This document shows, piece after piece, positions 13,497-27,153 of a stretch of 64,000 nucleotides of DNA; position 1 is the first letter of the stretch; the number at the start of each line of letters is the position of its first letter. The notes under the pieces are model-generated. The model searched no databases. It saw nothing but the letters and a program-made list of their open reading frames with translations, and was not told where the DNA came from. A program made the position numbers and the translations under genes. The stretch spans positions 37,882,001 through 37,946,000 of the forward strand of contig OX597817.1 in the NCBI GenBank assembly GCA_951406725.2, given 5' to 3'. Source of the stretch: Octopus vulgaris. Taxonomy: Eukaryota.

Positions 13497-14442
13497 TAAA
13501 GTTGTTTGATGGATTCCCCCCCCCCCCAATCAAGTTAACTTTTTTTAGTCAAATAAGAAGGACAGCAACCATGACCCATTTTGGAGGTCCTCTGAGATTG
13601 GTGAACAGAAGGAAGAAAGTTGTCCTCATATTGGACACTTAGCCCTAATGTTTGCAACAAAGTGGGCATTGCTAAAGACAGCCAAAGACTAGATGATTGT
13701 ATTAACTCTGTCTGACCTTATTTCTTGTATACTGGGAATTTCAGATTTGACCTCATACTGAATTCCCGACATAGTTGGAATGCGGAAGCCCTATGTTAAA
13801 ACCAGGTCAAGCTAAAAGTAATTCAGATCATTAGAATAAAGATTTGTCATTGAAATATTAGCTCGTTTACAAATGCCTGCTTAAAAATAAGGTGTTCTTG
13901 AGAATTTTTTCTCTGATATTTTTATTCTTTGACCAAAAAGCCAAGCTCCCTATAATTAGGCACATCTTGCAAGGAAAGGCTGTTCACAATTGCAAAAGTG
14001 CTGCAGGAATTAGAATTTTCTGCTGAGGATGAAAGGGAATTCTTTCAAATGTATCCCAGACAATTTAGAATCAGCTGACAAGTGTGGGAGTTTTGATATT
14101 TGTATTTTGCAATCTGAAAGGAAAAAAACCCCAAAAAACAAACAAGGCACTGTAAAAGCAAAACAAAACATGATTGCTACACAAAATGGCAATACTGGAA
14201 TTACAGTGAAGTCTTGTCAATTTTAAGTAAGAAACTAAGTTTTTATATGTCTCTGTTATTTTCAATAAATCTCTTACTGTTTGTTTTGAAGAGTATTAGT
14301 TGTGGAGCTCAGATTCAGGCAGAGGCTACCCTATGGCCAGGAGTTGATATGGTAAACCACATAACATATTAAGTCTACCACCCATGACAGATTATAGTCC
14401 ATCCAAATCTCTTCCTTGGGTACTGTAGCATTCCAGTGCTGT

Positions 14443-14553
14443 TTACTGCAGAAGATAGGTCTGGATCCCAAACAACTGAAGAAAGCCATCAAAGAGATAG
14501 GCACAACAGCTGAAACTAGCTCAAAGTGGCTATGGTTGAGAAGAGACTGCTAG
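14443..14553 (+). mobile_element. C-terminal remnant of a restriction-like-endonuclease non-LTR element (HERO-like)
   Basis: Translates LLQKIGLDPKQLKKAIKEIGTTAETSSKWLWLRRDC*; AExxSxWLWLRR is the C-terminal pattern I recall for HERO-clade ORFs. Confidence 0.65.
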
Positions 14554-15186
14554 TGGAACTCTCATCCTTAGGCAAAGGCTATTTCAGCCCTCGCTACCCA
14601 ACTCAGTATACCTGCCGATGATATGGAAGGGTTTCCAGCATTGTGTTATATTTAGAAGAGCTTGCAAAACCTCTGGGTAGTTCCTGCAGTTTCTATGTGA
14701 GGCAAAGCATCTCTGATGTTTATTTCACTTTTTTTACCTATCTGCCCATAGTACCATGCAATGGGATTGAACCAAGAACCATGTGATTGCAAAATCAACT
14801 TAATCACACAGCCACAGCCATGTCTTCACCTATAAAATATTTTTATATGTTTTCCTTTGCTAACATCAACTCTATAAACTCGTTAATTTTATACAGATGA
14901 TATAAAGTTAGTTTGTCTAGGCACACCAGCTGTGTGTGTTGGTGGTGTTTTTGTCATACTTAAATGATTCTTGATTGATCCAACTGTTCACAGTTATATT
15001 GAATTGTTCAGTTGTTATTGGCTGTTCAGATCTGGTTTCAACAATTGTATTGTCTAGATAAAATATGTCATTCTATTGTGCTTCAGTTTGTTTAGTTGAG
15101 AAAAAGTGATTGATAGGTTGTCAGATACAAAGGCACTCATATGAAGTTTGCTTCTAAAAGAGAACATTTCTATTGTATTCTTGTTA

Positions 15187-15189
<3 letters not shown>

Positions 15190-15220
<31 letters not shown>

Positions 15221-17420
15221 CCTTTCCACTAAAGGCACAAAGCCTGAAATTTGTGGGGGAGGGGACTCATCAACCATATTTACCCCAGTGTTTCATTTGA
15301 GAGGATGAAAGGCAAGGTCGACCTCAGTGGAATTTGAAGTCAGAATGTACCAGCAGGCGAAATACCGCTAGGTATTTAGTCCAGCATGCTTACGATTCTG
15401 CCAGCTCGCCACCTTATATAATGATGATGATGATAATAATTTAGGACGGTGAGCTGGTAGAATGGTTAGCACGCCAGATGAAATGCTTGCCAGTATTACA
15501 TCTGCTGCTATGTTCTGAGTTCAAATTCTACCACAGTCAACTTTGCCTTTCATCCTTTCAGGGTCATTTAAATAAGTACCAGTTATGCACCGGAGTCAAT
15601 GTAATCGGCTTAATCCCTTTGTCTGACCTTGTTTCTCCCCTTTGTGTTTATCCCCTTGTGGGCAATAAAGAAAAAAATGATAATAATAATAACCCTTTCT
15701 ACTACAGGCACAGGGCCTGAAATTTTTGGGAAGGAGCTACTTAATTACATCGATACCAGTGATTAACTGGTGCTGATTTCATTGTCTCAGAAAAGCAAAG
15801 TCTACTTCAGCAGTAATTGAACTCAGAACATCATGATAGACAAAATACAGCTAAGCATTTCATCCAGCTTGCTAGCAATTCTGCCAGCAAGCCGCGTTGA
15901 TATAATAATAATGGTTTATGATTTAGGCACAAAGCCAGCAGTTGTAAGGGAAAGGAATTTAGTCAATACTGTTGACCTCAGTACTTAACTGGTACCTTAC
16001 TAACTGACCTTAGAAGGATGAAAGACTGAGTTGGCCTTGGCAAGATTTGATCTCAGAACATAAAAAATCAGAAGAAATACTATTAGGCACTGCCACCTTT
16101 CCACTTTCTGCAGCAGCAGCAGTAGTAGTAGTCCTTTTTACTATAGGCACAAGGTCTGAAATTTTGGAAAGGGAATTAGCTGATTACATCAACCCCAGTG
16201 CTCAACTTGTACTTATTTTATCACCCTCAGAAGGATGAAGGGCAAAGTTGACCTTGGCAGAATTTGAACTTGGAACAGAAAGACAAACGAAATGCTGTTT
16301 TTATGTTCAGCTTGCTGCCTTAATAATAATAATAATTCTTTCAAATTTTAGCACAACATCAGCAATTTTGAGAGGAGGGGGCAAGTTGATTGCATCAACC
16401 CCAGTACTTGATTGGCGCCTTATTGTATCAAAAGATGAAAAATGAAGTTAACTTCAGTGAGATTTGAACTCAAAACATAAAGACACGGAAGAAATGACAA
16501 AAAGTATATCTGACAGGTTAACAATTCAGCCAACTTACTGTCTCTGTGATAATAATATTGATTATAATGATGATTTCTTTTATTTGCCACAAGGTCATCT
16601 GACAAGGTGGACATAACAGGGACTGTTTACAATTTTTGTGAAGCTTTACAAAAGGGAAAAACAAGGGATGGAAAGGAATTGTTTCTAGTAAGCTCTGAAA
16701 ATTGGAGGGGGGGATTTAATTGATATCAACCCCAGTCCTTAACTGGTACACTTTTTGTTAATCCCAGAAGGATGAGACACAAAGTTGACCTCAACAAATT
16801 TGAACCCAGAAAGTAAAGGACCTTAAAATAACAGAAGCCATTTTTCCACCAATCCAGCCATGCTATTACCTTTAATAACACCAATAATTATAATTCTTTA
16901 GGCACAAGCATGGCTGGGTGGTAAGAAGCTTGCTTCCCAACAACATGGTTCCGGGTTCAGTCCCACTACACGACACATTGGACAAGTGTCTTCTACTATT
17001 GCCTCAGGCCAACCAAAACCTTGTGAGTGGGTTTAGTAGACAAAAACTGACAGAAGCCCATCGTATATATATATATATAAAATGTTTGTCCCCTACTACT
17101 ACTTCACAACCAATGATGGTGTATTGTGTCCCCATTAACTTAGTGTTTCGGCAAATGAGTCTGAGAGAATAAGTACTAGGCTTTAAAAAACTAAGTCCTG
17201 GGATCTCTATGACTGAAAAACACTTGAAGGTGATGTCAGTATGGTCGGAAGGCCTGAAAATTGGTGGGGCTAGTTGATTCCATCAACCCCAGTGCTCAAC
17301 CAGTACTCCTTTTATTGACCTGAAAGGGTGAAAGGCAAAGTTGACCTCGGTGGAATTTGAACTCAGAACATACCCTATCATGCTAATAATTCTGCCAGCT
17401 CATCACCTTATCAGCAACAA
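15190..17420 (-). mobile_element. Cluster of about 9 family-B SINEs separated by (AAT)n, plus one family-A SINE (about 16899-17240, +)
   Basis: Repeated GGCACAAGGCCTGAAATTT...CCCCAGT...GAAAGGATGAAAGGCAAAGTCGACCT...GAATTTGAACTCAGAA units; one copy (about 15443-15672) is on the + strand. Confidence 0.85.
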
Positions 17421-17881
17421 TAATAATGGGCTTTTTCTAGATGGGGAGCAATTTTGTAAATGACTTGGTTATGGTTATTGGATTGACTTCTTTATAAAGA
17501 ACAGGAGTTAATTGGAACAGAATTTGAACAAAGGAAACAGAGTTAATTGAAACAGAATTTGAACAAAGGAGCATATTGAATGGGAACCATGTATGGCTTG
17601 CTTCTTTAGTATCTCAGATATTTTTATTACCCCAGCTCATTTGTAGATAATTGCTACATTCTTTGATCTAATGCTGATGACTCAAACAGATTATCATCAC
17701 TAAACAATTTGATTGTACAATATTACATCATGTAGAATTTTTATACTATGCAATTTTTATACTATGCAATATTACAGTATTTAGTGCATGTGCACGCGTG
17801 TGTATATTCATATATATTATACAACACTGCAGTGTTTAGAATATATAGTTGCTTGAATTAAAACCAACTGAAGAACATATA

Positions 17882-19271
17882 AAAGCCTCTCTCCTAAAGT
17901 TAAAGGCATCTTGTATGATATTTGTGTATGAACATCAGTACTACATGGGAGTGAAATGTGGGCCATGAATGCAAAGGATATGCAAAGACGAGTAACTCAC
18001 ATGCTTTGGATGTGCAACATCAGTGTGCAAATATGACTAAGTGCAGATGTGTTGAAAGTAAAATTGAGCATAAGAAACACCAGGTGTAATGTATAAGAAA
18101 GAAACTGTACTGGTATGGTCATGTGATGTGTATGGATGAGGGCAGCTGCTTAAAGATTTGCTAATTGTTAAGAGTGAATGGAAGATGTGGAACGATGTAG
18201 TGAAGTATGACCTCAGGATGTTGAGTCTTACAGAGAAGTCAAAGGACTTAGATAATTGATAATATGCTGTGCGCAAAAAGATCTACCCATCTTGGCACAA
18301 ATGAGGTCCTAAAAGCATATCATTTATGTCTATGATTCCTCACCCAGTCTGTCTCTAAGAAGTGTTCATCTTTCTAGCACTCATCCCACCATCCCTCTTC
18401 TGATTATGACACTCTTCTATCAGGTGCTGTAATTATAGGACTCCTTCCTGTGCTATCAGTTATCCCTTTTTATTGAACCAGTTCCTTTTGTCATCCATCC
18501 CGCATTCCCAATATCTTCCCTTACTACATCATTGCTGCCTTCCATGTCCCCACTTTGGTTTGTCACTCCCTATTTCCCTTATGTTCCTCTGACCTCTGTC
18601 ACTGTGTATCCCTCTCTCAATCCGCCACACTTTGCATCATATCTCTATTTCTCATCTGTTGTCCTCCACTCCCTTTCTTTCATACTGTCATCCTCTTCTT
18701 CCTTATCACTGACCTCATTTCCTTCATTTCCCTTCAGACTGGTTTTCATCATTGACCATGTATCCACCTCTTCCCCATTCACTGCTTTAACCTCTATCCC
18801 CATCTCTAACCATCCGTCACTCCTTTCACACTCTTGTTTACTTACTTACCATCCACCATTTCCAATCCTCTGTCCCTAGTCCTTCTTATACTCACCTTCT
18901 TGTACACTGAGGATATGCCCTGATACTTCATCACTACCACCTCTTTTCTCTCTTTCCAGCTGGGGTAGCCATGTATCTCATCAACAGCAAGGCACTTGTC
19001 TATGTCCCTCAATTACACCTTAACTGGCAGAAAGCCACAACTATTAGTACTACACTCCCACTAAATTAAGGGGTTCTCTCCTCTTAGTTACTTGGTGACC
19101 TCACTAATGTTGGTGCCATAGTATATTCTGTAAAGTGGTTGACATTAGGAAGGTAATCCAGCCACAGATAATGCAGACATTAGGGCTTACTGCAGCCCTG
19201 TGGCTCATTAGATTCTTTCAAGCCATCCAACCCATGCCAGCATGGAAACTTGACTTTAAATGATGATGATA
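17882..19271 (+). mobile_element. Old RTE LINE 3' fragment: decayed ORF end, pyrimidine-rich UTR and terminal tail
   Basis: Translates to VKGILYDICV*TSVLHGSEMW, WMCNIS, WYGHVMCMDE and WNDVVKYDLRML (RTE C-terminal motifs); ends CCAACCCATGCCAGCATGGAAA..AAA(TGA)n. Confidence 0.8.
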
Positions 19272-20767
19272 TTCACTATTATATTTTGTATGTATAGATT
19301 ATACATTATTACAGTGTTTAGTGTTTGTATGTGTAATAATAATAATCCATGAATTGAATTTATAAATATTTAATGCATTATTACGTGTGTTTCCAGAAAT
19401 CATGTTTCTTAAGATCATAGTCCATATTCCTGGGATGATTACAGTACAGTCCGTAGTATATATTTATATATATATATATATATATATATACTACACTACA
19501 CTACACTCTTGGAGTGGTTGGCATTAGTAAGGGCATCCAGCTGTAGAAACTCTGCCAGATCAGATTGAAGTCTGGTGCAGCCATCTGGTTTGCCAGACCT
19601 CAGTCAAATCATCCAACCCATGCTAGCATGGAAAGCAGATGTTAAACGATGATGATGATGATATATATCATCATCATTTAATGCCCAAGCTTCTATATTT
19701 GCATGGGTCAGATGGAATTTATTGAGGCAGATTTTGTACTGCCAGATGCCCATCTTGTCACCAACCTTAGACTTGTTTTTCAATGAAGCCTGGAAACAAA
19801 CAACCTCACTTATATCATGTTACTCATTTACAACAACCACGTGATGTCTAGACGACAGTACACACAAACAGATATATGTGTGTATGTATTGTATAATATT
19901 ACAGTATTTAGTATGTATATAAGGTTTACAATTGATTGGAAAATTGGCAGAAGTGGTTTGTGTTTTCTTTATCATATCTTTATCATTATTTTGCTCTTTT
20001 TTGCGCTTTCCATATTTCAAATATTACTGTTCTCTTTCAGTTGAGATATAGTATACTGCTGTATGTCAACTGACACACAGCTTGTTGCTCTGTGTGTCTC
20101 TGTGTGTGAGAGAGAGGGTGGGGAGAACTGACTCATAGTTTGTGTGTGTGCATGCCAACATAACTTGTCTTGTGTATGTGTCTGCATGACTCTTAGCGTG
20201 TGTGCATCAATTGACGCACATCTTGTTGCTGTGCGTCAGCTTACATATAGCTTCTATTATCATTTATTCACTGTTTGCCATTTAGAATGCTGCCAAGTGC
20301 TAATGCACTCCATCAACTGCTCAATGTAGCCAAACCATCAACCATTGCATTCTGTAGTGAAGGTTACAAGTGATGACAGCCTGGAAACAATTTCCAGGTG
20401 GCAACAAAATCAGTTTGGTTAGTCTCTTTTGGAGAAGTTTCAAATTCAGGATTGTGAACAGGTTTTCCAAAAATCTCTCATTTGGAGCTCCTCACAACTG
20501 AATCTGTCAGAAGTCGGTTAAGGGTAACAAAACTGTCTTATATGTGCTCTCATTTGTGCATTACTGATTTGTGCTTTTCTTAAACAGTTGTCATGTGTAG
20601 AACAAATTTGACTATTAGTCAAGTTTGTCAAGTTTGTCAAGAATGTTTAATCTCATCTTCTTTTGACAAGGAATTGCTGGTGCCTCGTGCAGTGGTTACT
20701 TGTTTCATATCATGGAATTACTTTGATTTATTGAATATCTTGCTGGGCCTCTTATGCTTAAAACCAA

Positions 20768-20803
20768 ATGCAGTTCAACAGAACAAATCCAATTAAATAT
20801 CAG
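20768..20803 (+). CDS. Candidate alternative first coding exon end (MQFNRTNPIKYQ)
   Basis: End of a roughly 750-bp unique island; in-frame TAA at 20759 precedes the ATG; good donor CAG|GTAACA, phase 0. Confidence 0.3.
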
Positions 20804-20889
20804 GTAACACAATGCAATGGAAAACATTGAAGATAAACAAACACATGAAGACATACTGATAAATTTTAATGTATAAGACTATAGACATA

Positions 20890-21303
20890 CTCTCTCTTTT
20901 TACTCTTTACTCTTTTACTTGTTTCAGTCATTTGACTGCGGCCATGCTGGAGCACCGCCTTTAGTCGAGTACTTACTTTGTAAGCCCAGTACTTATTCTA
21001 TCGGTCTCTTTTGCCGAACCGCTAAGTGACGGGGATATAAACACACCAGCATTGGTTGTCAAGCAATGCTAGAGGGACAAAGACAGACACACAAATACAT
21101 ACACACACACACACATATATATATATATACATATATACGACAGGCTTCTTTCAGTTTCCATCTACGAAATCCACTCACAAGGCTTTGGTCAGCCCGAGGC
21201 TATAGTAGAAGACACTTGCCCAAGGTGCCACGCAGTAGGACTGAACCCGGAACCATGTGGTTGGTAAGCAAGCTATTTACCACACAGCCACTCCTGCACC
21301 TAT
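20890..21303 (-). mobile_element. tRNA/CORE-type SINE (family A), near full length
   Basis: Minus strand: TGGCTGTGTGG A-box, GGTTCAGTCC B-box, CORE-like CACCTTGGGCAAGTG, internal TA/TG tract, tail GGTGCTCCAGCATGGCCGCAGTCAAATGACTGAAACAAGTAAAAGAG. Confidence 0.85.
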
Positions 21304-21380
21304 TTAATATTCTATTTAATACTCTATTTAATATTATTGTAATATGTGACAGACGGCTTTAAAAACAGTTGGCAGCTATA

Positions 21381-22169
21381 ATTACCTCCCCCAAGGAAGG
21401 AGGTTATGTTTTCATTGGCGTTGGTTTGTCCGTCTGTCAGTCTTTGTGCAAAATAACTCAAAAAGCTGTGAACAGTATTTGATGAAACTTGCGGGGGAAA
21501 AAGTTAGTAATGACACAGGGAACAGATGATGAAATTTTGGTAGTGATCTGGGAATTTTTATGGATTCTTGAAGGATTTTTTCATTTGTTATATTTACTTT
21601 ACATGAAGTATTACAATGTTACATTCTTTGATTATCTCCCTTTAAAACACATCGTTTCCATGTAACCTATGGTGGCGTTGCTGTTTAGAGACAGTGTTGA
21701 TGAGGACAATGGTTGAGATAAGTATAGGAGGAGGATAAAATAGAATCGGTGGTTATAATAGCAACAGGAGCGGTGTGATGTGTGATGCTGAGGTGATGGT
21801 GGTAATAGTGGTGTTGATGATAGTGTTAGTTGTGTGATGGTGGTATTGCAGTGATTATACTGGTTGTGGTGGTGAAAGTGACTGTCAAGGTAACCGGCAT
21901 GATAACATTGATGGCGGGTGTATGTGGTTGAATTGGAAGCAATGACAATGCTGCTGATGATGTTGGTGGTTGTGAACTGCTTCAGATGATTCCTGTTTTT
22001 AAAGGGTTTTTTTTCTTAAAATCATATGGCTGTGTTATTATTTTTTTTACCCCTGCCAAAAAGGTTATGTTTTTGCCAGCATTAGTTTGGGAAATTGGGC
22101 GATTTTCTGCATATATGGGTGGAAACAAGCAGCTTGGCGGAGGTCTGCGCTCTCTGAGTGCTTTTCTAG
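21381..22169 (+). mobile_element. Helentron-associated (HINE/DINE-1-like) non-autonomous element (family H2)
   Basis: Subterminal inverted repeats ACCTCCCCCAAG ... CTTGGCGGAGGT, GTCC/GTCT tract near the 5' end, 3' hairpin GCGCTCTCTGAGTGC then CTAG(T)n; a second 5'-end-like motif at about 22045. Confidence 0.75.
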
Positions 22170-23234
22170 TTTTATCTATTTTTGGTTGAATATTTGCTCT
22201 AACACAGATTATTTTCAACAGTCATACAGTTTCTGTCATTTGATTTGATCTTGAGACCAGAAGACCCACATTCACAAAAATACTTAGCTGCAAAGGGGAA
22301 AAGGATTCTGAGTGCATAATCTGTGACACCTGAGTAGTGTTTTGACAGGTGGGCCCAAAAGCTTTTGAGGGATGAACTGTTGTGAAGAACTTATGCAGTA
22401 AAGTTGTTCTTTGATTCTAAGAATTCCTTAAGAAATGGCTCTGAAGTTTTATTGATTTTTGTGAGGAATAGTTTGACGTTCATCACGACATTCTCTTGGA
22501 TTGACTCTTGGAAAAAACAGTGAAACTCATCCTTTAATTTTTCCAAAAATTGAAAGATTTCTTTTGGGACTTTGGTGTGGGTGTGTGTGTGTGTGTATGT
22601 GTGTTGGTTCAGTAAAGAAACTTAGATTTTGAAATAAGAGAATGAGATAATTAAAGGTGCAGTGATGTCAGAAAATGTTCTGCCCCTTGATATTCTTTCT
22701 CTTCTCCCTCTTTGTGTTTAAATTTTTATACATCACTCTCGCCCTCTTTCTCTTTACTTTAGCTCCCACTTTTACTGTCTCACACCTTTGAGAATTCTCT
22801 GTCTTTCTTTATTCTGCTATTTCCATCCTTCTTTTTTTCTTTCCTTCTGTCTCTTTGTACCTCTCTCCATTTTCCACTATCAACATTAATGACACTGCCA
22901 GAGCCCCTTCTAACATCACTAACACAGCTCCCAACTATTTCTTTCTGACTTTGAGTTAGCATTACTCATAATGCTAGGAAGGAATGTACTATTTTATTAG
23001 TATACAGATTACTTAATTAACTCATGCAGTAATTAAATATTCGATAAAATTATAATTTTAAATCCTAGAAATTATATCCATTTACAATATTGCCAACATA
23101 AATTATAATACATTATACCAGACAGGAAATAAACATATATTCTTAGAAACCATGGTATGCATTTGCATATCACTTTTTATCAAAATTATCATTCATTAAC
23201 CCAATTTCTTTGTAAACTACTCAAAATTTTCCAT

Positions 23235-23458
23235 GTAACACTTGCTGTTTAGCATTCAGATTACTTTCTCAAATGTGATCCTTATTTATTCATATTGTTT
23301 TGAATTAATTGTGCTTTCTCTTGTAGATAAGAGATTTTCATCATGTGATGGCTTATTTTTTTGTAAGATAGTTACGAAAGGCTGGATTTGACCAGGTTTA
23401 TCATAAAACAGATAGAATATTGAGGCCAGATGCAGCTGGTTTGAATGTTACATGGCTA
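23235..23458. mobile_element. TTAA-type MITE (family T2), degraded
   Basis: TTTAGCATTCAGATTACT...GGTTTGAATGTTA; homologous to 32647-32840, 45268-45876 and 62442-63310. Confidence 0.6.
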
Positions 23459-25368
23459 GTGGAGAATCTCTAGCCTGGTGTCTCTGTGTGAGGTGGTCAC
23501 AATTGAATATGTTAAGGAGAAAACTTTTTTTCTTTTGGAGCCAAGTATCATTTGGAAAGGACAGCATCCATGACTTTATTTTCTAGTAACACTTGAAGAG
23601 GAAAGTAGACAGAAAGATGGGTGTGTGAGGGAGAAAGTTGTTCACTTTTTGAGATTTTACAGAGGGTGAGAGAGTGTAGTTAGAATGGTGTTGCTAAATA
23701 TTCCTGTTGTAGTCATGTAAGCAGCACACTAGTGACAAGAACCGTGAGAAGGTGCCTACTTTAACACGTTAGGATATTCCAGTGCTTTGTGTGAGGTCCC
23801 AGAGTCATCTGATGTGATTGTACCCAGTTTTGAGAATTGTTGCTTGTTATGTTCTTGTTTTTGTTATTTATTGTTACTTTGTTGTTGGTTTTATTGTTAT
23901 AGTTGATTTCTCCTTATTAAATGCAAATTCCCCACTGTTTCTGTTTTATATTTTGTATTGTCCCTTTCTTAGCTGTGGTGATATGTTTGGACACATGTAT
24001 ATGTTGATGTATGGCTTGTGTGGGTGTATAGGTTGGTGTATGTAGCTTGTAGCTGTGTATGTATGTGTTAATGTAAAGCTTACAATATTTATCCTTCACA
24101 TATTGTACATGAGAAACAGCATAAAATTACTCCTGTGTGTTGGTTGACATGTAACTGTTTGATTTTAGGGAGATTAGGCTGCTATTTCTAGCAGATCAAT
24201 AACCATACAGATGATCCCTTATATATGTAGGCTGACATAATCTGTATTTCATAACTGATACATAGCTAGTAATGAATGACAAATTTTTAAATATATCTTA
24301 GACCCAAGCACTTGAGCCCTCTTTCAGTGCTAATCTTCTAGAAGGCATAAATAAAACCCAGATTGGAATAGTGAACAAATCTATGGAACAGTGTACTTAC
24401 TATACACCACAAACATCCTTGAACTCCATTTATTTGATTGGTAACGATTTAATTACCAACATGCTACAACCATGATATTCTGCTTCTACTCTCAGCCTCT
24501 TCTACTGCTACTACAATGGCCTCTGCTCTACTGAACTAGCGGGTTTCATACTTCTTCTATCAGGGCCTAGTTGTCTAACCTTTCTGTCTTTCTCCTCTTT
24601 GATGTTGTTTAACCCTTGGTCAACTTTGATGCAACAGATCTCTGATCAAAGTATTCAATTTGTGACCAACCTGTTTTGCTTTTGGTTCAAGCGCAGTCTA
24701 ATCTAGGATTACATTATCCACTATGACTCTTCCCTTTTTAAGACTGTTGGCTGTGATATGAGGGAAATTTAGCAGCCATTTTTGAGAGATCATGTGACCC
24801 CATAAGTTTTCCTCTTTGGTTTGATCATCATCTTATATTCCCTTATTGTTTCTCACGTCCCAGCCCTTGCACTAAACATTTTGTTCAGAACTGTAAGCAT
24901 CTGAAATTCCCTCATCATCATCATCTTCATCACCACCATCACTTTCTACAAGGACTTAGTACTCTTAGTTTGTCCCTATTAAATAAAGGAAGGAGCTTTT
25001 TGGAGTTTTGTGGGGTTTTTTTTTTTTTTTCTTGTTTAGTCCCTCCAAAAGTTACTTTACTGCAATAGTGATCTAGGACAGAATTTTTTAAAATTAAGAA
25101 TGTACAGAACCAGAAAAGTTACTGCAAGACATCCTGTTTATCATTCTACCAATTTTGTCAACCTACCACCACCTGTGGCTGGTATTTCGGTTATCAACAA
25201 CCAAAAGAAGGAAAGGTAAAGTTTACCTCAGTGGGATTTGAACTCAGAGCACAGAGATCCAGAATAAATACCTGTGAGGCATTTAACTGTGCACACCAAC
25301 AGTGCTGCTATCAAATTACTGACATTGATCTGGATATTTTTAAAGTTTACACAGGCATTACCTTAGAT

Positions 25369-25984
25369 CAGTGTTTCCCAACCATATTTGTTTTTACCTA
25401 TGGTACCTTTCGATTTTGTTTTTATTCAGGTGGGTCCACATAGTCATTTGTTGTTTAAGAGATCCAATTATATTTTTATAATTATACTAGCAGTATCGCC
25501 CGGCGTTGCTCGGGTTTGAAAGGGAAATAACTATATAAGCATTTTTAGAGAGTTATAGCCAAAAAATAGCAAAAAAATGCTTTAAAAATGGAAAAAAAAT
25601 TATGGTAAATTTTTTTTAAATCGTTGACTCATCGTAGACATTTTTAGAGAGTTACTTCCCTTATATAATAGCGAAAAAATGCATTAAAATGGTAAAAAAT
25701 GATGGCAAATTTTTTTTTTAAATCGTAGACTCGTCGTAGACGCGCGCTAATACCCAGAAGGGCTCGATATGAATCACGACTATAAGATACCCTGTTTTGG
25801 TTAAACTGCACCGCAAAATGTGGGAGTAGTTAGGAATCTAAATCGTAGGAGACAGACACACAACTTGACTTTTATATATAAAATATTAGGAATTGTATAA
25901 AAATTTTTATATATTTTGTGCATTGTAGAAGTTTATTGCACATAAACTACAAAATTTTATATGGACCCTGGTTGAGAACCACTG
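25369..25984. mobile_element. hAT-like MITE hosting a Helitron insertion
   Basis: TIRs CAGTGTTTCCCAACC / GGTTGAGAACCACTG; imperfect 8-bp TSD CCTTAGAT / CCTCAGTT. Confidence 0.7.
25487..25883 (-). mobile_element. Helitron-like family H1, second copy
   Basis: Reverse complement of 10143-10540; A|CTAGCAGTATCGCCCGGCGTTGCTCGGG end; no TSD. Confidence 0.75.
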
Positions 25985-26041
25985 CCTCAGTTGATGGATT
26001 CTCTTTTGATTCCATTGATAAGCATTCAGTTGCTTGATTAA

Positions 26042-26452
26042 CTCTCTCTCTTTCTCTTTTACTTGTTTCAGTCATTTGACTGCGACCATGCTGGAGCACC
26101 GCCTTTAGTCGAGCAAATCGACCCCGGGACTTATTCTTTGTAAGCCCAGTACTTATTCTATCGGTCTCTTTTGCCGAACCGCTAAGTGACGGGGACGTAA
26201 AGACACCAGCATCGGTTGTCAAGCAATGCTAGGGAGACAAACACAGACACACAACCACATACACACATACATATATATATACATACATATATACGACAGG
26301 CTTCTTTCAGTTTCCGTCTACCAAATCCACTCACAAGGCATTGGTCGGCCCGGGGCTATAGTAGAAGACATTTGCCCAAGGTGCCACGCAGTGGGACTGA
26401 ACCTGGAACCATGTGGTTGGTTAGCAAGCTACTTACCACACAGCCACTCCTG
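26042..26452 (-). mobile_element. Family-A SINE, near full length
   Basis: Closely similar to the 20890-21303 copy. Confidence 0.85.
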
Positions 26453-26582
26453 AATGTCTGATTTCTTAAATTAATGTATAGGTGGGTGAGTATTCCACAG
26501 GTTTGTCTACCCTTAATGTAATTTTCTGAGCTGAAACAGTGTGGCACAGCACATGACAAGGCTGGACCTTTGAATTAATTAC

Positions 26583-26804
26583 CTATTTCTTTATTGCCCA
26601 CAAGGGGCTAAAAGAAGAGGGGACAAACAAAGGAATTAAGCTGATTACATCAACCCCAGTGCGTAAGTGGTACTTAATTTATCGATCCCGAAAGGATGAA
26701 AGGCAAAGTTGACCTTGACGGAATTTGAGCTCAGAATGTAAAGACAGACGAAATACCGCTAAGCATTTTGCCCAGCATGCTAACGTTTCTGCCAGTTCGC
26801 TGCC
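26583..26804 (-). mobile_element. Family-B SINE
   Basis: Full body; flanked by imperfect direct repeat CCTTTGAATT(A/G)ATTAC. Confidence 0.8.
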
Positions 26805-27107
26805 TTTGAATTGATTACTAGACCAATCTATCTGATAGGCTTTGGCATAACTTGCCACCTACCAAATTTAATTCACATGGCTTGTGTTCACTCCTGGCTA
26901 TGCTAAGATGCCATGCAGTGGGATTGAACCCAAGACCTTGTGATTGCCAAGCAAACTTGTTAACCATTTAGCTGTGCCTGCTACTTGACTTGTGTATGTA
27001 TAAGCTGAATAATAATCACACCAGACTCACTAATTTGAGAGTTGTCTCCTTTGGCCATCTTATGAAAAACATTCTTTAAAAAAACCCAAAATAGGCTTGC
27101 ATACATG

Positions 27108-27153
<46 letters not shown>

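Noticed and set aside
14029-14226. 65-aa ORF as a coding exon
   Set aside because: Ends in TAA immediately before the donor-like GTAAGA and has no recognisable motif; at best a non-coding exon.
17503-17571. Tandem duplication of about 35 bp
   Set aside because: Ordinary local slippage with no further structure.
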